Source of the DNA: Plasmodiophora brassicae
Taxonomy: Eukaryota
Assembly: GCA_036867785.1 (NCBI GenBank)
Contig: CP145412.1
Location: 62,001-126,000 of the forward strand
DNA length: 64,000 nucleotides
Reading direction: 5' to 3'
Part shown: positions 12,801 to 23,971 of the stretch, one piece after another
Layout: every line of letters begins with the position of its first letter
Numbering within the stretch: position 1 is the stretch's first letter
Notes under the pieces: model-generated
The model's database searches: none
Told to the model about the DNA's origin: nothing
Seen by the model: the letters and a program-made list of their open reading frames with translations, nothing else
Position numbers and translations under genes: made by a program

Positions 12801-15800
12801 GCGAGCATGGCGGCCAGGTACCGCGACTTGATCAGGCGGTCCTCCTCGCCGGCCATGCGCTGCTCCGTTTGCCGACGGACGGCGGACGCCCTGACGGCGG
12901 CGACGAACGCCTGCAGCGTGTCGCGGTCGTCGTCGCCGATGCGGTAGGCGAGCGCGGTCAGCAGGTCGGCGATGCATTCGCGCAGCGGCAGGTTCGACGA
13001 GCGCAGGCAGTGCGCCAGGCGGCGGACGACGGGCGCCACGTCGCTGGGCAGGTCGACCAGGTCGCGCACCATCCACATGGCCAGCTCGACGCGCGGCTTC
13101 GACAGGGCGTCGGCGTCGGTGAGGGACAGGTCCCGGTGGCCCCAGACGCACCCGCTCCAGTCGGGCGTGGCCGCCATCTCCAGGTGCCGAAGGCACTCCT
13201 CCAGGACGAGGCCCTGCGCCGCCGGCCCCTGCGTCTGGACCAGCAGCGCCAGCTGTCGGAGCAGGCGCCGCTCCTGGACGGGCAGGGCGCCCAGGTTGCG
13301 GAACGCGACCAGCTTGATGAACCGCAGCGTCATGTGCGGGTCCTGGCGGCAGACGGCGGCCAGCTGCGACGACGCCCGGTCGGAATGGACGAGGGCGTCG
13401 ACGACGGCGTCCCGGGCGAAGATCACGCCGAGCGCGTCGTCCATCTCGCGAACGGAACGCAGCTCGTCCGGATAGACCAGATCGGGGGCGTCGTCGTCCA
13501 GGCCGACGGCGGGCGGCCCTGAGGACGACCCGCCCGGCGACGAGGCGGCGCCGCCGCCCTTCCCGGGCGACACGAACTGGCCGGGTACGTTCAGGAAGGA
13601 AGTGATCGGGAGCGACGACGACGACCCCTCCGGGAAGAAGCGCTCCACGAACGGGTCGGTGGCCGTCTCCTTCGTCGAATGGTCCTCGACGAGGGACGCG
13701 TCCACGGGAGGGAGCCCGTCCAGGCACGTGGCAATGTCGACGGCGGGCGCTTTCGGCGATTGGGAAGGGCGCCCGCGACGCGCGTTGCCGCCTGCTCGTG
13801 GGGAGGCCAACGGCCGCGCTGCGATGACGGCCTCGGCCGCCCGTTTCTGCGCCTCCAGCGTTTCCAGGTTGACGAGCAGGAACTCGACGGCCGCGTTCTC
13901 GTCCCAGTTGCTGTTGGACAGCGCCAGGCGGCAGAACTCGCGGTCGAACCCCATGGCGGCGACATGGTCGACCTTCACCTCTTGCGCCCTCTGCTCGGCG
14001 GTCAGCGTCGGCGACGCCAGGGGCGACGGCAGGGCCGCCGTTGGCGATTCCACGACAGGCGGGTGGTCCTCGTGCGGGTCCACGTCGACGCCGCCGACAT
14101 TGTTGTGCACGGCTCGCCCGTAGCGCAGCCGGGCCCAGGCGAACTGGTGCTTGTACTCGAGCGCCATCCGATCCATGCGCGTCTCCAGACGCGTCGGCAA
14201 CGACGCAACGTAGACGAGCTCGCCGAGCAAATCGGCGTCAAACGCAAACGACCCCGACGACGACGACTGCCGGATCATCAGACAGACGGCCTTGAGCAGC
14301 GATGAGGAAAGGCGCGAGCGAATGACGGCCCGTTCCGCCTCGACAATCGTTTCGGCGTCACCACCGTCGGTGGACGTGACGACGGTCAGGCGGGGGCCCG
14401 ATTTCGGCGGCGGCGGCGACGCCGGCCCCTGTGGTGCGGTCCGGCGTTCGGCCAGGGCGAGCGTGAACAGCCGCAGCAGGACGTCGGAGAAGCGCTGGGC
14501 GGCACCGGCGGCGTTCATCTCGTCGACCAGGACCACGTTGCGAACGTTGACGATCCTGGACGAGTCCTCGCCGTCCACCAGGACGTGCATGGTCAGCGAG
14601 CGCGACCGGAACCAGGTGACGGCGCCGAGCACGCCGTCCGGCAGGCGAACCCGGGCGCCCAGGCGCATCATTGGGCAATGGCCACCGATGACCGCCAAGG
14701 CGCCAATCGCGTACGCCACCGCCGGGCTGTTCACCGCAATCGGTTCGCGTAGAAGGCCGGCAATGCCTTGCAGGGCCGTGCGAATCGCGTGCGACACGAC
14801 AGCAGCCCAGGCATCATCGGCGGAATCGAGAAGCGATCGCAGAAGTTGGATGGCCTCATCAGCAACGGCCATTCGGTGATGTTCGGTGCGCACGGGGGAC
14901 GACGATGATGACGATGACGACGATGATCCGGCCGGTTCCCAGGTCCAGACAAGCGACGCGACGGCGTCCATGAGGAAGGCGACCAGGAACTCGGCAGACG
15001 TCAGCATCGAACCGCGTTCGATGCGATCCGACCCGCGACCATGCGGCGACTGTAACCGCTCGATGGGCAGCAGTGGGAGAAGGCGCCGCAGGAGGCGAAG
15101 GACACGGATGCGAACAGCGAGCGCGGCGCCGTCATGCTCGAGCAGCTCCAGGAGGCTGCCCACCCAGCGGCCGGAACCGGACAGCGATTTCGGGCCGATC
15201 GACCAGAGCAGCGACAGCAGCTGGCAGGACGCTCGGTCGGCCGGATCGCCTGACGGGCGACCGCCTGCGAACGTTTCGCCCAGCTCCGAGTCGGACACCG
15301 CCCGCCGAATGAATGCAACCTGGGCGACGCGCCCCTCGAATCCGTGAACGTCGCTGTCCAGCGCCTTGCCAATGAAGAACGGCGACGACGACGACGACGA
15401 TGACGGCTGTCGCGGCGACCCCTGCAGCGTTTTACGAGTCACAACCGGTTGCCCGGTGGCCTCTGGGGTAACCGTCAGCGTTGCCGCGCGCTTCTCCATC
15501 GAGAACACGACGTGCGTCCAGGCATGCATCGGCAACGATGCGGGGCTCTGCACGACCTCGTTGCCGGTCGACGTCGTCACGACGGCCTGCAACTTGTGAT
15601 CGTACCGGGACAGGCACAGCTTCGGGGCGAACACCTGCAGCGACCCGAAACGCACGAGCACCGTTTGCAGGACGGCGGACGATGCATCCGCTGTCGGCCC
15701 TGGGGCCGCGGCCGGCGACGCCACGGGCATGACCCAGAGCATGACCGAATAGTCGGACGACGGCACCGCATGCGTCGACGACGTGGCGATCGGCAGACGG

Positions 15801-18800
15801 TAGCCGAGTTGGTCGGATCGCACCGATACCGGCGTGGACAGCAGCAACGAGGAGCCACGAGGCAGAGCGCCGCCTTGGCCGCCACCCGTGTGGGCAGACG
15901 CCGACTGGCGGCGCGCCCGCTTCGGCGACTTGTCAACGGCCCGGCGCGTCTGAACACACGATTGCAATTCGTTGTGGATGGCGTCGAGAACGACGCCGAT
16001 CCGTTTCGGCCCGCGAGCGAGTTGCGACGCGAGGACGCGGAAGACCGCCCAGGCGAGGGAGCGCAGCGGGCTCGGCGTCGTCAGCAGTGACTGAACGACC
16101 GTGAACGCGGACGACTGCCACATCAGGCCATGGTCGAGGCGGTGCAGGCGCTGGGCCAGAACGAGGAGCGCCGCCCGGCAGGTCTGGTCGTCGAGCCCTG
16201 TCGGGTGCGCCGCCGCGTTCGATAGCGTTTCCACAGCGATGTTCATGATCGCCAGAGCCTGCCGCTGGACTTGCACCGACGCGCGCCAACCACACCCGTC
16301 GACGCCTTGCAGAGGCGAACCGAACTGGAGGGCCCTCGGCAAACACACGAGAAGCTTGGCACGAATGCCCGAATGCTGGATGGTGGTCAGCAGACCGTAC
16401 AGGTGCCGAAGGCCACAGCATCGTTGCAGGGCCCGCGTCTGGCGTCGACGCAGGGCGACGCGGATCGCCCCAACGGAAACCACCGTCGAATCGTTGAAGA
16501 AGCGACGCAGGTCGGCGAATGGCGAATCACGCTGCAATTTCTGCTTCATGGGCGTCGGCAGCGTTATTCGCAGCAGAGACCTCCAGCGCAGGGCGCTGAC
16601 GACCAGGCCGCGCAGCCTTCGCCATTGCCGGCCTGTTTCGCACGGCTTGGGGACGTCGCCGACAAAGACCTCGTCGTCGTACGCTTGCGCCGGGGGGAAC
16701 GACGTCGGCCCTCTCGCGCCTCTCTTGTCCACATCGGTGTCCTCCTCGGCGTTGTCGACATCGATGACGTTGATCGGGATCTCGGTGGGGTCGGAACCTT
16801 GGCGGCCGTCGTCCTTCGCCCATGACTCGAGGACAGCGACAGGCGTGCCGGCAACGACCATCTCGTCGGGATCGTCGCCTTGCGCGGTCTCATGTAGGAA
16901 CGCCGCTTCGTGATGCGCATTCAGGTCGTCGACGTCCTCCTCCTCGTCGTCCTCCTCGTCGGGAACGAACAGGCCATGACGCAGGTCATCGGCAGGCGCC
17001 GGTGCCGTTGACAGCAACAGAGATGCCTTGGCCAGAACAGTGGCAACAGCGCTTTCATAGGTGAAGTGGTCATGGTCGTCGCCATCGTTGTCGGCCATGG
17101 CCTGCGTTTTCCGAAACATGATCTGCATGCGGATGCCTTGCGCTTCGCGCCAGGCCTCGACGAGCTCGACGGGAACGCGAAGGTACGCGCCACCACGCCG
17201 CTCGGGGCCGCCCCGGTCAATGTTCTTCGACACGATCAGGCGGCTGTACGCGACCGCTTCCACGACCAGGCGCCGGTGGTGAACGATGGCGGCGAACGCG
17301 GCCCGGCACGCACGATCGAGCCACGGTTGTGGGGCGCCGACCCGCTCGGCCCGCATGGCGCCGTTGAGCCAGACCCAGAAACGGCCGCCTGGACCGCGCT
17401 CCTCCAGCAGGTCGTTGATGAACTCGGAGCAATCGCACGGCGTGATGACGTACGACGACAGAGCGTGCGGCGTCGAACGCGCCTTCTTGCAGCGTCCAAC
17501 GTCGACGGCATCGTCCGTACCGCCGCCATGGCGCCGTGATTCGCCCATGCAGAACAGGGGGCTTTCCAACCATGGCCGCAGGTCGTCGTCGCCCTCGCGT
17601 TCCACCGCCTGACAGGCGTCGTCGCCCGGGACGTCGCCGGCCGAGATCTGCCGGCAGAGGATGTCGATCAGGGCGTCGGCCACGATATGGATCAGAGCGT
17701 CGATCCCCTGGTCGGCGCGGGCCGATTCGTCCAACCCGGGAGTGGCATGGCACCGAGCGACGACGGCGACGTTGTCCAGTTCGGCGACGAGGCGCAGCAG
17801 AAACGGGAACAGCTTGTCGGACAGGCCGAGCAGGGACAGGGACTGGACGAGAACGGGGACGATGGCGCCGACCAGCGACGAGCAGAGCGTCGATGAGATC
17901 GTTGCGGTGAGCGACTGCCGTGCGATTCGGCACAGTTGCAGAGCGGTCTCGAGGACGACTTGGGCGTAGTCGACGACGATGCCAACCGATAACTCGGTCT
18001 GCTCGGCAGCGACCCAGGCGATCAAGTGCGCCTGCAAGGCCGATAGGAACCGGAGCAGGGGCAGACAGGAGGAATCCAGCAGGGCCACGCGGTTGACGAG
18101 AAGAAGGAGCAGGTCGAGCAATTGCCGCGTATCAGCCCGCGCGGACGCTGACGACGACGACGATTGTTGCTGCGGAACCAGCAGGGCGGTCATCGAGCTA
18201 TGGGCCATACGCTCCAGGACGGCGGGACCGATCAGCTTCGCCACCGACGTCGTTCCGCAGATGCTGGTCTTGAGCAGGTCGATCTTGGCGTCATTGGACG
18301 GGTAGAACAGGTCCAGGCCGACTTGCAGCAATTCAACGACTTCGCTTCGGATGGCGTCGGCCCCAGACCATACCGCTGTGGGCGCGCGTGTTTCACCAGG
18401 TTGGTCGGCGTCGACGAGCCACAGCAGCAGACGGTTCAGCGTGTCCAGGGCGAACCGTGCAGCTGGGCGGTCCACACAGGACGACGTGGTGTCGCTGTTC
18501 GTGTGCAGGTCGAACCCGAGCGCCGCCACAGGTTGCTGGGCGAGGACCAACCGCCGAACGTTGCACCGGAGCAGCCGAAGCGAAGACCGCATAATGAATA
18601 CAGGCACGGCGGTCTTCTGGCCCTGCGCCTCGTCCTGCATGTCGTTGTCGGTCAGAACGGCAGACAGCCTCGCTGACGCCTGGCGAATCAGGGCGACCAG
18701 GCGTTCGAAACACACGGGGCGCACGTCGATGCAGAACGGCACCGACGTGATCTCATCCTGGCGCAGCAGCGTCGCCGAGTAGCGTTGCTCCCGCGACAAG

Positions 18801-21121
18801 CGATCCAGTTGCATCAGGAGGATGGCGGCCACGTGCACAGGGTCGAACGCCTTATCGTCGGGCGCCGCAGATACGTCGGGCAACTCGCCACCGAACAGCT
18901 GAAGCAGCGCTTCGTGGTGCTTGTCGACGTGGTCAGCCCCAGCATCGGCGTTCTGGTCGGCGGACGCGTGCAGGGCGTCGTTGGCGTCCGGCGCGACCTT
19001 CTGGAGCGTGAACGGAAGCGGGACGCCGCCGGTGCCGACGATGGCCGGGTCGAGCGGATCCCCGGTGACGCCCAGCGAGTACTTGTCGCCGGCGAGAATC
19101 GTCCGAAGCGACGTGCCTGTCAGCGCCGCGATCGGCGCCGGCGTGTGCACGTACGACTCCTGGCCGTTGCCGAGCTGGAACTCGCTGGCGCCGCCCCAGG
19201 CCCAGGCCTGGCCGTCGGCGGTGATCGCCACCGAGTGATCGGCGCCCCCATCGACCCAGACGACCCGATGCCCATGGAGAGCGGCCACGCGTTTCGGCGC
19301 CTCCTGGCTGGTCGAGTTCCCATGGCCGAGCTTCCCGCTCAGGCCTTCGCCCCAGGAGAACAGGTCGCCGGACGACGTCACCGCCAGGGCGTGGTCCCAC
19401 CCAGCAGAAACGACGACGACGTTGTGTTCGGCCAGGGCCTCCAGGCGCCTCGGGGTCGATTCCGGCTGGCACGTCCCGTGGCCGAGGACCGGACGCGACG
19501 CCTCGTAGCCGCTCCCCCACGAGTACGCCTCGCCGTTCATGGTCGCCGCCAGGCTGTGCTCCCAGCCGCAGGCGATCATCTTGACGCGCCGGTCGGCCAG
19601 CGCGTCGACAACGGTCGGGACGTTCGCGTCGTGCCGGTGGCCGAGCCCGAGCTGGCCCGACTCGTTCTTGCCCCAGGCGTAGACGACCAGGTCGTCGTCG
19701 ATGGCCATGGAATGGTACGCGCCGCAGACGACGAACGCGACCTTGACGTGCTCCAGGGCGGCCACCGGGGCCGGCTCCGACAGCGACACCGACGACCGAT
19801 GCCCGAGGCGCCCATTGTTGCCGTCGCCCATCGAGAACACGGCGCCGCCGTACGTCAGCAGCAGCGAATGCGACAGGCCGCACGCGATCGACAGGATCGG
19901 GATGCCGGCCACCTTCTCGATCTCCTTCGGCAGCGACTGGTGCGAGGCGCTGCCGTGCCCGAGGCGGCCGTTGTCGCCCTTGCCCCACGAGAGCGCGCGG
20001 TCGTTCATGTCGACGGCCAGCGCGTGGTTCGCGAACGTCGCCACCTGCCGCAGGTTCGTCGAGGAGAACGCGGAGACGCTGACGGGCGCGCCCTTCTTCA
20101 CGGTCGACCCGATCCCGAGTCGGCCGTTCTCGCCGCGCCCCCAGGCGAACAGGTCGCCGCCGGGCAGACGAACAATACCGCGCTCGGCCGCAGCAGCCGA
20201 CGACGCGGAGGACGCGTCGCCCAGCGAGGCGACGATCAGAGCGGATGACGAGCGCGGCGAGGCCGTCGACGCCAGCGGGCCCTTCGTTCGGGCGAGTTGC
20301 TGGAGGAACGGCACGACCTGGAGCTGGACCTGGTCGGCGGTCGTCAGGATCAGCTGCAGAACGGCGAGCAGGTCAGCGAGGGACGCGCGTGCGATCGCCA
20401 GCCCGAGCAGGGCCGAGATCGCCTGCGACCGGTCGTCCCTGGCGACGGCGACCGTGTCCGCGTTCGCCAGCATCGACATCAGGAACCGGGAGATCGCGTC
20501 GAGCACGCCGAGGTCGTCCGACGACGTCTTCGTCATCGGGGCCATCGACGACAGCAGCGGTAGCAGGACGTTCAGGATCGACGACGACACGGTCGGGTCG
20601 GCCGGGTCGGCCACGTCCATTGTCGCACACATCAACCGAACGCCAATCATGGCTTCGAACGGCAACGACGACGACGACGACGACGACGACGGCACTGCAA
20701 CGGGCGGGTCGGACGATTTCGACGACGTCGACGATGACGGTGCCGCGCGATGCGGTTGACGATGATGGAGCTGGCCGATGGAGTCGGCGACGCGCCTGAG
20801 CAGTCGGGCTCGGAGCGCGGCTCTGGACCGGTCGGCGGCGGCGATGTCGTCGACGTTCGCCGATATGCGGCGGATCAGGCGGTCGACCAGATCGGCGACC
20901 TGGTCGCGGTCGGCCCGGTCGGCGCCGAGCATGGCCTCCTCGAGGCCGTCGTCGTCGTCCAGGTCGGCCTGGCGATCGGCGGCTGACGCCGGCGCCTGTT
21001 TGAGTTGCTGGGCGATGTAGTCGATGTCGAGGAACCGCGACAGGTCGACGTGCGTCCAGTCGACGGACGGGTCGGACAGCGACGACGACCGGGAGCGGGC
21101 GGCGACGCCGGCATTGCCCAT
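9803..21121 (-). CDS. Giant HERC-like E3 ubiquitin ligase (RCC1 repeats, LamG-like, UBA, FN3, SPRY, HECT), intronless, ~3770 aa
   Basis: About 7 RCC1 repeats (FAWGRGENGRLG, VACGWEHSLA-like). UBA: MGFDREFCRLAL..NWDENAAVEFLL. SPRY: GVHRWDI..GDVVGVVLDLDHRTLSY. HECT: FVGEGVTDNGGPYRE..LPQTHTCFF with catalytic Cys. First ATG at 21121 (MGNAG). Confidence 0.93.
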   Translation of the reverse strand: MGNAGVAARSRSSSLSDPSVDWTHVDLSRFLDIDYIAQQLKQAPASAADRQADLDDDDGLEEAMLGADRADRDQVADLVDRLIRRISANVDDIAAADRSRAALRARLLRRVADSIGQLHHRQPHRAAPSSSTSSKSSDPPVAVPSSSSSSSSLPFEAMIGVRLMCATMDVADPADPTVSSSILNVLLPLLSSMAPMTKTSSDDLGVLDAISRFLMSMLANADTVAVARDDRSQAISALLGLAIARASLADLLAVLQLILTTADQVQLQVVPFLQQLARTKGPLASTASPRSSSALIVASLGDASSASSAAAAERGIVRLPGGDLFAWGRGENGRLGIGSTVKKGAPVSVSAFSSTNLRQVATFANHALAVDMNDRALSWGKGDNGRLGHGSASHQSLPKEIEKVAGIPILSIACGLSHSLLLTYGGAVFSMGDGNNGRLGHRSSVSLSEPAPVAALEHVKVAFVVCGAYHSMAIDDDLVVYAWGKNESGQLGLGHRHDANVPTVVDALADRRVKMIACGWEHSLAATMNGEAYSWGSGYEASRPVLGHGTCQPESTPRRLEALAEHNVVVVSAGWDHALAVTSSGDLFSWGEGLSGKLGHGNSTSQEAPKRVAALHGHRVVWVDGGADHSVAITADGQAWAWGGASEFQLGNGQESYVHTPAPIAALTGTSLRTILAGDKYSLGVTGDPLDPAIVGTGGVPLPFTLQKVAPDANDALHASADQNADAGADHVDKHHEALLQLFGGELPDVSAAPDDKAFDPVHVAAILLMQLDRLSREQRYSATLLRQDEITSVPFCIDVRPVCFERLVALIRQASARLSAVLTDNDMQDEAQGQKTAVPVFIMRSSLRLLRCNVRRLVLAQQPVAALGFDLHTNSDTTSSCVDRPAARFALDTLNRLLLWLVDADQPGETRAPTAVWSGADAIRSEVVELLQVGLDLFYPSNDAKIDLLKTSICGTTSVAKLIGPAVLERMAHSSMTALLVPQQQSSSSSASARADTRQLLDLLLLLVNRVALLDSSCLPLLRFLSALQAHLIAWVAAEQTELSVGIVVDYAQVVLETALQLCRIARQSLTATISSTLCSSLVGAIVPVLVQSLSLLGLSDKLFPFLLRLVAELDNVAVVARCHATPGLDESARADQGIDALIHIVADALIDILCRQISAGDVPGDDACQAVEREGDDDLRPWLESPLFCMGESRRHGGGTDDAVDVGRCKKARSTPHALSSYVITPCDCSEFINDLLEERGPGGRFWVWLNGAMRAERVGAPQPWLDRACRAAFAAIVHHRRLVVEAVAYSRLIVSKNIDRGGPERRGGAYLRVPVELVEAWREAQGIRMQIMFRKTQAMADNDGDDHDHFTYESAVATVLAKASLLLSTAPAPADDLRHGLFVPDEEDDEEEDVDDLNAHHEAAFLHETAQGDDPDEMVVAGTPVAVLESWAKDDGRQGSDPTEIPINVIDVDNAEEDTDVDKRGARGPTSFPPAQAYDDEVFVGDVPKPCETGRQWRRLRGLVVSALRWRSLLRITLPTPMKQKLQRDSPFADLRRFFNDSTVVSVGAIRVALRRRQTRALQRCCGLRHLYGLLTTIQHSGIRAKLLVCLPRALQFGSPLQGVDGCGWRASVQVQRQALAIMNIAVETLSNAAAHPTGLDDQTCRAALLVLAQRLHRLDHGLMWQSSAFTVVQSLLTTPSPLRSLAWAVFRVLASQLARGPKRIGVVLDAIHNELQSCVQTRRAVDKSPKRARRQSASAHTGGGQGGALPRGSSLLLSTPVSVRSDQLGYRLPIATSSTHAVPSSDYSVMLWVMPVASPAAAPGPTADASSAVLQTVLVRFGSLQVFAPKLCLSRYDHKLQAVVTTSTGNEVVQSPASLPMHAWTHVVFSMEKRAATLTVTPEATGQPVVTRKTLQGSPRQPSSSSSSSPFFIGKALDSDVHGFEGRVAQVAFIRRAVSDSELGETFAGGRPSGDPADRASCQLLSLLWSIGPKSLSGSGRWVGSLLELLEHDGAALAVRIRVLRLLRRLLPLLPIERLQSPHGRGSDRIERGSMLTSAEFLVAFLMDAVASLVWTWEPAGSSSSSSSSSSPVRTEHHRMAVADEAIQLLRSLLDSADDAWAAVVSHAIRTALQGIAGLLREPIAVNSPAVAYAIGALAVIGGHCPMMRLGARVRLPDGVLGAVTWFRSRSLTMHVLVDGEDSSRIVNVRNVVLVDEMNAAGAAQRFSDVLLRLFTLALAERRTAPQGPASPPPPKSGPRLTVVTSTDGGDAETIVEAERAVIRSRLSSSLLKAVCLMIRQSSSSGSFAFDADLLGELVYVASLPTRLETRMDRMALEYKHQFAWARLRYGRAVHNNVGGVDVDPHEDHPPVVESPTAALPSPLASPTLTAEQRAQEVKVDHVAAMGFDREFCRLALSNSNWDENAAVEFLLVNLETLEAQKRAAEAVIAARPLASPRAGGNARRGRPSQSPKAPAVDIATCLDGLPPVDASLVEDHSTKETATDPFVERFFPEGSSSSLPITSFLNVPGQFVSPGKGGGAASSPGGSSSGPPAVGLDDDAPDLVYPDELRSVREMDDALGVIFARDAVVDALVHSDRASSQLAAVCRQDPHMTLRFIKLVAFRNLGALPVQERRLLRQLALLVQTQGPAAQGLVLEECLRHLEMAATPDWSGCVWGHRDLSLTDADALSKPRVELAMWMVRDLVDLPSDVAPVVRRLAHCLRSSNLPLRECIADLLTALAYRIGDDDRDTLQAFVAAVRASAVRRQTEQRMAGEEDRLIKSRYLAAMLALLGAVDDAERRLADPSSSSCGGGGGQPAPTPEEITTDAIELFWDGPASAEFALDMRPAATTTSDATDVPPAFHEVYRGGARAFRAQALDELTAYEFRVRDLTHGRASDPVTLLTYPALRWDAHNARASGRARVRLSHCALTATFDAGSDKWRTLLANRGYASGVHRWDICLDRMSKGYIFIGVGTASANPDTYVGGDAHGFGLFVSDRSRYHGRNKVKGGAKYGDQMAQGDVVGVVLDLDHRTLSYALNGNDLGVAFDDLPVAPAAKLFPAVSFYHRHDAVSFGTARRVRQTPHASSLATTTTMTTQAARVARRIATATRFARRLLSPSSSSSPACASHFFDLAYAFWRSWVPSDHRLLATGGGGGVVRADVSRAACRRVGLVLRRRVRRLQDGAVAGVLVGVATGDDDGRPVAVVSGDGDADPDLVPVDSLVRSAPIVDDDDGDGDARAAAARWTLREFVEHGGRRALDDDDARLVRACNDAADRLGVDPLSLLYDEVAAAAGVDDDDVGACARFALVRTFNLLVSQVLPYLAVQGAAPSGPRLSMSLGALVRRLRPVVVTRLKAQALADVLHQTATYTKPSEDPYEDPPDLRQITLNRHLAAARASSPSEAERLASSLFGQAATQLGVMPVRDLRRGFVRMLDDGQERTFKVKFVGEGVTDNGGPYRECFNEFVAELQSPALLPLLVATANARDAQGGAGRDRYVPAPACARPDLFRLMGHLVGIAVRNKIHLDLRLPALVWAALVGLEPTRAHLREVDAQFADRLDDALLNDDALDDDDDLTFECTLGDGRTTVDLVPFGRQVRVTKENRGDWARLAEQCRLHEADAQIGAIRDGFAAIVPLATFELLTVDEVEAIVCGRADFSVDLLRSVTVYEGGVSPDDAHVVYFWQVLSEMTPDEKGEFARFAWARTRLPVRADQFTTKFKIQPMPGGEGLQHAADGQLPQTHTCFFSIALPRYSSAAVLRERLLYAARNCQTLDRDLKLSDAEIAEIGDV

Positions 21122-21700
21122 TGGGGCGGGGCGGGCGGGCGGGCGGGCGGCGACGATCACAATCGAACCCCCGGGCGCAGCAGCCCACCACCGCGCGCGC
21201 GCGCCCTGCTCTCACCCAGTCAAAGTCTGTATGACGATTTGCGGCACTGACGATCCCGATCACAGCCGGGCGCGAGATCGACGGTTACATTTTATTGTTG
21301 TTCCGCCACAACCAGGGAGCCCGTTTCCTGATTTTGCGCCTTCCCTCCCCTCCCGTCGGGTCCTCCGTTCTCGGAGCCGCGTACGGCACCCCCGCGGGCA
21401 CGACCCCCCGCTGGACGGAAGCTGCTTGCGGGTGACGTCCCCTGTTCCGACGTCGACGTCCTCAGAACCGCCCCACCCACGCGTCGAATCCTGCGCATTC
21501 CCAGAACAGCTCGCCATTGTGCCGCCCTCCCTGGCACCAGAGTCGTGGAAGCCGGGGCGGCGCCCATCGTGAGGTACCTACGTACGTACCGTCTAGAAGG
21601 CCCTGCAGGCCAGTGGCGGCTCGCAGGCGGTTTCAGACTTTCAGTCCCCCCGCCACTCAAGTCCCTATTTTTGTCGTCGCACCGCCCGCCACTGGCGACG

Positions 21701-23784
21701 ATGGAGGAGACCAACGGCGACGTCGACGACATCGCGTCGCTGGTCGACGACGACGTTGACACGGCCGACGGCGATGTATCCGAGGGGTTCTTCGGGAAAG
21801 TCGACACGTGCCCGCGTCAAACGATCCATCGGCACGCGAGGCGGGCCCCCGGCAACGGCCGTCACGTCCGGCGGCGCCTCGCCGGCGAGGTCCTGTCCAG
21901 AATCAAGGTTCCCCCCGCGGCTGAGAATCGGCGCTCACCACAGCGCGCTCTGACACGCGCGCGCAGGACATTGCTCGAACAACGGGTCTACGCCGAGTAA
22001 CCGCCGCGTCCGATGTCGACCTGGCGTGTAACGACGACGGTCAGGTACAGATGCACGTCTTGCTGCACTTGGTAGCGCTGGTGTCGCTAACGCGATGGCC
22101 AAGTTGACCCATTTGGGCCAAGAGGACCACACGGGCCCGATCGAGTACAAGTACATGCTGCTGGCGCCGTCCCCCGACCGCATCGAGAACCTGTGCACCC
22201 AGATGAACTTCCGGCTGTCGGAAGGTGCTGGCCAGGCCGTCTACGAGGTCGTCCTGCGCCCACGTTTGACTGCGTCGCTCGTGTCCTAACCGCAAGGTGA
22301 CACAGATTGGCGTTCGCGACTGTGGCGATCCGGCTGGGTTGTCGGACGAGGACCTACGCGCGTCCATCAGGACGATCCAGACGATGGCCGAGATGATCTC
22401 CTGCGACTGTTTCATTGTCGGCGTGCATCGCGGGCGTCTGGGGAAGACCGCCCAGCTGTACGTGACGCGGACGTCGAGGCTGGACGTGCCTGCCGACGTC
22501 CGCATCTGCCTCAGCGGGCGATCCGGTTCCGGGAAGAGCACGCTGATTGGCGTGCTGTCGAGTGGAGCGCTCGACAACGGCGTTGGATCAGCGCGGACGA
22601 ACGTGTTCCGTCACCAGCACGAGCTGGCGAACGGGCTGACGTCGTGCGTTAGCCGACAATTGATCGGATTCGACGCCGGCGGGGGCATCACGAACCATGA
22701 CGCTCTCGTGCGAAGCCTGCCATCGGTTGTCGCAGCGTCGGCCAGACTCGTGACGCTCATCGACCTCGCTGGCCACAAGCGGCACTTGAAGACGGCGCTG
22801 TACGGGCTGGCGTCGCAAGTCCCCGACTACTGCTGCATTGTCATCGCGGCGCGGGACGCCATGGACGAGGGTTCCCCGTTGCCGGAGCACCTGGACATCA
22901 GCGTTCGCCTGCGGATTCCCGTCTTTATCATCGTCAGCAAAGCGGACCTCGTCGACGACGCCGTGCAGGTCGCCCAGCACCTGTCTGCACGAGTTGCCGT
23001 CAGGACTCAGGTCATCGAGACTGTCGTGACGCAGGACCTGGCCGACCGGTGCCTGGACCTGCGCCTGATTCCGATCCTTGTCATCAGTGGGAAGACAGGC
23101 GTTGGCCTGCCCACTCTGCGACGTTTCCTGAGGCTCCTGCGCAAGCCCCGCGTTTGGGAGAAACGGAGGGATGACAACCTGTTCGAGTTCCACTGCGATG
23201 AGGTCCACGATGTCGACCGGGTCGGCACCGTCGTATCCGGCGTCGTCCTGAACGGCGTCTTCGAGGTCGGTACTCGATGATGGGGCTCCCGTGTATCCGC
23301 GTGTGATTATTCGTGCCTGCAGGTCGGTCAAACGGTCAAGCTCGGCCCTGTGGAGAACGGCACGTACGTCGAAGTGATGGCGGAATCCATTCACGTACAT
23401 CGGACGAACGTGCGGCGAGCCGTTGCAGGCCAGGCGGTCAGCGTTGCCTTGCGGGGCGTCAAACGGTCGCACGTTCGCAAGGGCATCGCCTTGATACATG
23501 TCGATCGCCCGCCGTCCGCATGCACAGAGTTCACTGCCGATGTGACAGCGCTGTCGCCATCGAACCCGTTCGCTGTCGGTGCACAGTGCGTCGTGCACGT
23601 GAGCACCGTCAGCCAGCTGTGCACCGTCGTTGCCGTTCACAACCAGAGCGTTGTATTCAGGTTCGCCCATAGAGCCGAGCACGTGTCGCAGGGCGCTCCG
23701 CTCATCTTCCGCGATGATCGCGTCCAAGGGTGCGGGTTCGTCACCGGCGTCAACGTCGTACCGTCTGGTGGCAGCCACTGTTGA
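21701..23784 (+). CDS. GTP-binding protein 1/2-like translational GTPase, multi-exon (start uncertain)
   Basis: GPIEYK..LCTQMNFRLSEGAGQAVYE|IGVRDCG; G1 GRSGSGKST; LDNGVGSARTNVFRHQHE; G3 DLAGH; G4 SKAD; EF-Tu-like domains II and III. Confidence 0.85.
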
Positions 23785-23971
23785 TAAGCCATCCCCAGTA
23801 ACTATATACACCAATATCTATCGACGACGACTCGGGGAGGCTGGACAGAACCACAACGAACATTGTATACGTCGAAAGACCTGTCAGGACGCTTCAGTTG
23901 GTGGGTGCTGACACAAGGACAAAGGCGTTCGTTACATGAGGCGATGTTCGATAGGTCGTCGGGCGAAGACG

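Noticed and set aside
9647-20759. Many long antisense or alternate-frame ORFs (e.g. 9647-11911, 11918-13522, 18785-20248)
   Set aside because: They shadow the very GC-rich HERC CDS; low-complexity R/A/G/P translations with no motifs.
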